Assembly: GCF_003044035.1 (NCBI RefSeq)
Contig: NZ_NVQC01000026.1
Span: forward strand, 30,001-62,000
Origin: Candidatus Methylomirabilis limnetica
GTDB taxonomy: Bacteria; Methylomirabilota; Methylomirabilia; Methylomirabilales; Methylomirabilaceae
Length of the DNA stretch: 32,000 bases
Reading direction: 5' to 3'
Translations under genes and position numbers: made by a program
The notes under the pieces: generated by a model
Told to the model about the DNA's origin: nothing
The model's input: the letters and a program-made list of their open reading frames with translations, nothing else
Databases searched by the model: none
Part shown: in pieces, positions 27,747 to 32,000 of the stretch
How positions within the stretch are numbered: the first letter of the stretch is position 1
How the letters are laid out: each line of letters starts with the position of its first letter

Positions 27747-29004
27747 GTCGGTGCAGCAGCAGGTGTCGGCGAAGGATGTCGAGAGCCTCCTGGGAGGCGC
27801 GTAGCCTATTGGTCTCACGGTCCCCCAGGAACCGGTACTCACGGCAGGTGACGCCGTCGTGTGAGGCAATCGCGATGTAGGTCAGGCCGATCGGTTTAGT
27901 AGCGGTGCCCCCGCCCGGCCCGGCGATGCCGGTGATACCCAGCGCCAGATCCGTTCCGGCAACCTGCCGCATCCCCGCAGCCATTGCAAGGGCGACTGGT
28001 TGACTGACGGCGCCATACTCTGCAATCAGCTCACGCGGCACCCCAAGCAGACCTTCTTTGGCGTCGTTACTGTAGACCACCTCGCCACGAACGAAATAGG
28101 CGGAACTCCCCGGGAGATTGGTCAGCCGGTGGCACACCAACCCTCCGGTGCACGACTCGGCGACGGCAATGGTCTGTTTCGCCTCGAGTAGCAACCGCCC
28201 CACTACATCCTCGAGCCGCTCCTCATCCCGCCCAAAGAGTAGCTTACCTAGCCGCTCGCGAATCCTGGATTCAAGATCATTGAGCAGTCGGTCGCCATCC
28301 GCCTCCGACTCGGTGTGCACGGTCAACCGGATATGGATCTCGCCGGGGTAGGCGAGCAACCCGATCATTGGGTTTCGCGAATGGCGCATGAGGTCGCCGA
28401 TAATCTCATCGAGCGCCGATTCCGCGATCCCGCAGGCTTTGAGCGTACGCGACCGAATGCTGCCGCTGGCACCGAAGGCCTCGCCAAGGCGCGGGATGAC
28501 TTGCTCTGTGAGCATCGGCTGCATCTCCCCAGGAACCCCGGGCATCGCCACCACAATCTTTCCATTCTCCATGCGGATGAAGAGGCCGGGCGCAGTCCCG
28601 TGGGGATTCGGCAACACGGTGGCGCCTTCCGGGATCATGGCTTGCCGTTCGTTGTTCCTGGGCATGACGAGCCCACGATCGGCAAATCGGAGGCGGATCG
28701 ATTCTAAGACCGTCTCGTCGAGGTGAAGCGTTCGACCCAGTTCCGCCGCGATGGCTCGGCAGGTCAGATCGTCCTCCGTGGGACCGAGGCCCCCCGTCGC
28801 AATCACAATCTCGGATCGTGTGAGCGCCACACGAAGCACCTCCCTGATCCGGGCCTCGTTGTCGCCAACGGTACTCTTCCAATAGACCTCGATTCCAGCC
28901 GCTGCAAGCGCTTCGCCGATGTAGGCCGAATTGGTATCGAGTGTCTGGCCCAGGAGCAACTCTGTCCCAATCGTGAGGATCTCAACCCGTACCTCCTTCT
29001 CCAC
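27730..29004 (-). CDS. cinA: CinA-family competence/damage-inducible protein (MoCF-like domain plus nicotinamide-nucleotide amidase domain)
   Basis: VEILTIGTELLLGQTLDTNSAYI at the N-terminus and AVAESCTGGLVCHRLT in the C-terminal PncC-like domain. GTG start with aggagg upstream. Confidence 0.85.
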   Translation of the reverse strand: MEKEVRVEILTIGTELLLGQTLDTNSAYIGEALAAAGIEVYWKSTVGDNEARIREVLRVALTRSEIVIATGGLGPTEDDLTCRAIAAELGRTLHLDETVLESIRLRFADRGLVMPRNNERQAMIPEGATVLPNPHGTAPGLFIRMENGKIVVAMPGVPGEMQPMLTEQVIPRLGEAFGASGSIRSRTLKACGIAESALDEIIGDLMRHSRNPMIGLLAYPGEIHIRLTVHTESEADGDRLLNDLESRIRERLGKLLFGRDEERLEDVVGRLLLEAKQTIAVAESCTGGLVCHRLTNLPGSSAYFVRGEVVYSNDAKEGLLGVPRELIAEYGAVSQPVALAMAAGMRQVAGTDLALGITGIAGPGGGTATKPIGLTYIAIASHDGVTCREYRFLGDRETNRLRASQEALDILRRHLLLHRHAGQT

Positions 29005-29023
29005 GGCAGGGTCCTCCTGACGA

Positions 29024-29205
29024 TTGAATCCACTGGGAGTTCATTCCCCGCAGCTTGCCGCGAGTTCGTCATACCGGCGGACCCCGGATCGGAGTCCGGG
29101 GCAGGCGCCGGTATCCAGAGGGCCCGACTGGATTCCGTGTCAAGCACGGAATGACGGGCCAGAACAGAAGACGATACCCCGCAGCTTGCTGCGGGGTAGT
29201 TCATT
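29024..29205 (-). repeat. Family-2 structured repeat (182 bp), copy B
   Basis: Reverse complement of 7199-7380 with about ten substitutions. It fills the whole spacer between the GGDEF gene stop (29205-29207) and the cinA start, ending 19 nt before the cinA GTG. Confidence 0.85.
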
Positions 29206-30422
29206 CAGGCAGCAGAGGTCTGGTTGCCACCCGCCGCTTTAGATCGATAGAGCGCCTGATCCGCCACCCGCACCAGGTCTTCGACCTGGTGCATGTCGGG
29301 TCCGAAGCAGGCAACGCCGAGGCTCGCAGTAAGCCTCTCGCCGCCAGACGCTCTTTGCACTTTCAAAGCGTCGCACTCCATCGCACAGCGGATCCGTTCT
29401 GCATGCACCAAGGCCTGCTGCAGATCGGTTTCCGGAAGGATGATGCCAAACTCGTCCCCTCCATATCGCGCGACAATATCAACACCCCTCGTGCTATTTA
29501 CCAACAGGGTAGCAATGCGGTGAAGGGCCTCATCGCCGCCCAGGTGACCGTTGAGGTCGTTATACTGCTTGAAGTGATCGATATCCAACATGATCAGCGA
29601 GAGCGGGTGACCGTAGCGCAGAGTTCGATTGAACTCCTGCTCAAGTTGGCTATAGAAGTGGCGATGGTTAAAGAGATCCGTTAACTCATCGGTCATTGCC
29701 AACCTGTTACTCTCTTGAAACAGACGCCCATGTTCGATCGCGATGGCCAACTGCTCGCTCAGAGGCACCATGAGCTCCAGTTCCTGATTGCCATAACGGT
29801 GAGGTGTAATGCTATCCATGCAGAGACAGCCGATCACCCCTCCCTTCACGATGAGGGGAAGGCGAAGGCAGGCCCGGATTCCGACCTTCAACAGCGACTC
29901 GTCCTCCGTGAATTGCTTCGATTCCGCCAGATCCTGCTCGATATGGGGGCGTTGCTGAGCCATGACCCACCCGACACCTGTTCCTTCCTCAATGGCGAAG
30001 ACACCTTCATGCCATCCGGTGGCAGGTTGGTCAGGCGCCAGCCGGAGCACCCTCCCCTCCAGATCTGCATCATTTTGTCGCAGGATGAGTCCCATCCGAT
30101 CGTAATGAACGAGCCGTCCCACCTCTGTGGCGAAAGCTTGATAGACCTCACTGAGATCAAATGAGGCGCCGATGACTCCGGTCAATCGATTGACCGCCGT
30201 AAGACGATAAGCTCGCTGTTGCAGAGTGACGTACGATCCGGCATCCAAGACCACCAGCTCAGCGTGGCCGGCAGCAAGGACATCCAGCGCCTCCTGCGTC
30301 GATGGGGCTTGCAGGACCAAGAATCCTTGACGCGTGAGCAGCTCACGGAGTCGGAGGATTGATCCGACACCGTCCCCGACAATCAGGGCCGTCTTACTCT
30401 CATCTTCACGATGTTCCGGCAT
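29205..30422 (-). CDS. Atypical receiver / GAF / GGDEF diguanylate cyclase
   Basis: The start at 30422 (MPEHRED..) lies just outside repeat copy c. The REC-like segment ALIVGDGVGS...ELVVLDAG has a degenerate acidic pocket. A GAF-like middle region follows. The GGDEF domain reads RYGGDEFGIILP with upstream DIDHFKQYND. Confidence 0.75.
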   Translation of the reverse strand: MPEHREDESKTALIVGDGVGSILRLRELLTRQGFLVLQAPSTQEALDVLAAGHAELVVLDAGSYVTLQQRAYRLTAVNRLTGVIGASFDLSEVYQAFATEVGRLVHYDRMGLILRQNDADLEGRVLRLAPDQPATGWHEGVFAIEEGTGVGWVMAQQRPHIEQDLAESKQFTEDESLLKVGIRACLRLPLIVKGGVIGCLCMDSITPHRYGNQELELMVPLSEQLAIAIEHGRLFQESNRLAMTDELTDLFNHRHFYSQLEQEFNRTLRYGHPLSLIMLDIDHFKQYNDLNGHLGGDEALHRIATLLVNSTRGVDIVARYGGDEFGIILPETDLQQALVHAERIRCAMECDALKVQRASGGERLTASLGVACFGPDMHQVEDLVRVADQALYRSKAAGGNQTSAA

Positions 30423-30464
30423 GCTATCACTCAAGGCTGACACAACCTCTTCACGTGATGACTG

Positions 30465-30593
30465 GTAACTACTCAAGGTGTTTAGGCTGAAGGCTGAAGG
30501 TTCTGAATTATCTCGCAAGGCACGAATCAAGACCGTTCTCGGTTTCTACCCCTAAAAGCCTTCAGCCTTCAGCCTACCCACCTGAGTACTTAC
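30465..30593 (-). mobile_element. Family-1 miniature cassette, copy c (further deleted interior)
   Basis: Termini are gtaactactcaagg ... cctgagtacttac. The ggctgaaggctgaagg / ccttcagccttcagcc arms are present. It retains the attcgtgccttgcgagataatt segment (IRALRDN) in reverse complement but lacks the MRD..TKL part. Confidence 0.65.
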
Positions 30594-30653
30594 GATGGAT
30601 GCTACACGATTTCGTTTGCCGGACAAGAAAAAACCAGGCAGCGAGCGGCCGCG

Positions 30654-31145
30654 TTACCGATAGTTGTCGAACTGCAGGTCGATGCCACAATCGTGCGCTC
30701 GAAGCGCTTGCATGACAGCTTGCAGATCGTCTTTACTCTTCGCCGAGACCCGTATCTGATCGCCTTGGATCTGCGCAGTAACCTTAAAACCAAGCCCCCT
30801 GATCACCTTGGCGACCTCTTTGGCCTTGTCTGCGGAGATACCTTGCTGCAGCGTTACCCGCTGCCGCAGGGTCCCTTTAGCCGCCGGCTCAGTGGCTTCG
30901 TAGACAAGGGCCTTCAGAGATACCTTTCGCCGCACCAGCTTCGATTCCAGCAGGTCCACCACAGCCTTCAGCTTGTAGGTATCGTCAGCGTGGAGCAGGA
31001 GACCTTGCTCGTCCCGCACGACGCGACAGGCTGTTCCCTTAAAATCGAACCGCTGCTGGATCTCTTTCATGACCTGCTGTACAGCGTTGTCTACCTCCTG
31101 CAAATCAACCGTTGAGCTGATATCGAAGGACGCCTCATTGGACAC
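30654..31145 (-). CDS. yajQ: YajQ-family (UPF0234) nucleotide / cyclic-di-GMP-binding protein
   Basis: 163 aa. SFDISSTVDLQEVDNAVQQVMKEIQQRFDFKG and the C-terminal ..LQFDNYR are characteristic of YajQ. Confidence 0.85.
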   Translation of the reverse strand: MSNEASFDISSTVDLQEVDNAVQQVMKEIQQRFDFKGTACRVVRDEQGLLLHADDTYKLKAVVDLLESKLVRRKVSLKALVYEATEPAAKGTLRQRVTLQQGISADKAKEVAKVIRGLGFKVTAQIQGDQIRVSAKSKDDLQAVMQALRAHDCGIDLQFDNYR

Positions 31146-31162
31146 GTGTGATCTCCTTTTGG

Positions 31163-31840
31163 CTATGGAACGGGAGGCTTGAGAGGGGCCACGACATCCG
31201 TCCCTGGCGGTGGCGAGAATTGAAACAACTCGCCTTTTAGACCGCTGTTGACCTTCTGCTTGGACAGCTCGACCTCAGTGGTGTTGCCATACAGGTCAAA
31301 AACCGTAAGTCGCTGGATGAAGAAACTTTCCCGATCCACCCCCAGGATCACCCGCTTGAAGGACATATCCTTCCCCTTGGGGGTCAACTCCATGAGGTAC
31401 TCCGGACTGTCCTTGGTCCCCGCGTGAACGATAGGCCGCACCTGAAAGTCTCGCCGGAGGCTGCTCATCCCGAACAGGATCCCGATAGGGCTCGTCGTAA
31501 GCACGCCGCTCACATCTTGCGACATGGCTTGTCGTTCGGATGGGCTGTAGCTCCAGAGGGTCTTACCATCGATCAAGAATAGCCTCGATTCAGGCTTCTC
31601 GTACTCCCAGCGCATCCTCCCTGGCCACTTGAGGAAGAGCCGGCCTGAGGCCTCTTGTGTCATCCCGCTCAGTTTATTCGTGGCACGCTGGAGGAAGGTC
31701 CCCTGGAGGTCCGAGAACCCCTGGTAGGTTGCCTGGACCTTGTCTGCCACCTCATCTGCTGTAAGCGCGGACACGCTCAGCGGAGACCCTACACCCGCTA
31801 GTAGCAGGAGTGTGAGACCGATCACCGACCTATGCCGCAT
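31163..31840 (-). CDS. lolA: Outer-membrane lipoprotein carrier protein LolA-like
   Basis: The start at 31840 (MRHRSVIGLTLLLLAGVG..) gives a signal peptide. GRLFLKWPGRMRWEYEKPESRLFLIDGKTLWSYSPSERQ matches the LolA core. The ORF-track N-terminal extension runs through a structured repeat and is rejected. Confidence 0.8.
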   Translation of the reverse strand: MRHRSVIGLTLLLLAGVGSPLSVSALTADEVADKVQATYQGFSDLQGTFLQRATNKLSGMTQEASGRLFLKWPGRMRWEYEKPESRLFLIDGKTLWSYSPSERQAMSQDVSGVLTTSPIGILFGMSSLRRDFQVRPIVHAGTKDSPEYLMELTPKGKDMSFKRVILGVDRESFFIQRLTVFDLYGNTTEVELSKQKVNSGLKGELFQFSPPPGTDVVAPLKPPVP

Positions 31841-31877
31841 TGACCCTCGCGCTCCGCCCCATTCTCTTCGCACGCCG

Positions 31878-31968
31878 CGCCCCCTCCCTTCTTGTAGGGG
31901 CAGGCCTTGTGCCTGCCCGGATCGGGAGACCGCCAGGGTCGCCCCTACGTCGGCGAGGGAGAGGGCAC
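31878..31968. repeat. GC-rich nested-hairpin element upstream of lolA
   Basis: gtagggg...cccctac encloses gggcaggc-cttgt-gcctgccc, with outer ccctccc / gggaggg complementarity. The hairpin type is related to that at 18799-18818. Confidence 0.5.
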
Positions 31969-32000
31969 CTCGCACATCATTCACGTATTCTGCGGTTCCA

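Noticed and set aside
27730-27869. The long ORF-track form of thpR (238 aa) overlaps cinA by 140 nt.
   Set aside because: The extra N-terminal 41 residues have no similarity to 2H phosphoesterases and read through the cinA 3' end. The ATG at 27746 gives the typical ~197-aa protein.
29205-30530. N-terminal extension MIRALRDNSEPSAFSLNTL.. of the GGDEF protein.
   Set aside because: These codons are the reverse-strand reading of family-1 repeat copy c. The same peptide appears in a spurious ORF at 18654..18941. The start was moved to 30422.

Overview
Bacterial chromosomal window with a coding-strand switch at about 8.1 kb. Sampled lines of the core look about 55-60% GC; this was not computed.

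Left arm (+ strand): nadB 3' end, a Zn-MDR dehydrogenase, a glycerophosphodiesterase, an acyl-CoA ligase, an MMPL/HpnN-like RND exporter and an MlaC-like lipid-binding protein.

Right arm (- strand):
- a displaced 3' fragment of the myo-inositol-1-phosphate synthase gene;
- a visibly more GC-rich 7.3-kb block with a receiver/PAS/HD-GYP protein, a CheY-like regulator, a four-helix-bundle gene cassette, a membrane histidine kinase and an IS91-type transposase remnant;
- the intact ino1 gene, translationally coupled to an IPCT/DIPPS-like CDP-alcohol phosphotransferase fusion;
- a Gfo/Idh/MocA oxidoreductase;
- a coupled aminotransferase / ATP-grasp / nucleotidyltransferase / HAD phosphatase block;
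- a PmbA/TldD pair, thpR, cinA, a GAF-GGDEF protein, yajQ and lolA.

No rRNA, tRNA or CRISPR was found.

Four leads stand out:
1. Intergenic cassettes are bounded by arrays of 7-9-mers. The complete copy carries an Avd/23S-IVS-type four-helix-bundle gene and has a 12-bp target duplication. Removing it in silico restores an ATGA-coupled kinase/regulator junction. Shorter copies look like internally deleted derivatives, and some encode the C-terminal tails of host genes.
2. An inositol-centred gene cluster has an enzyme set that fits no pathway I can name.
3. The 7.3-kb GC-rich block is flanked by 469-bp direct repeats of the ino1 3' end.
4. A 182-bp highly structured repeat sits directly upstream of the ribosome-binding site of two unrelated genes, in the same relative orientation.

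All functional calls rest on motif recognition by eye. No database search was run.
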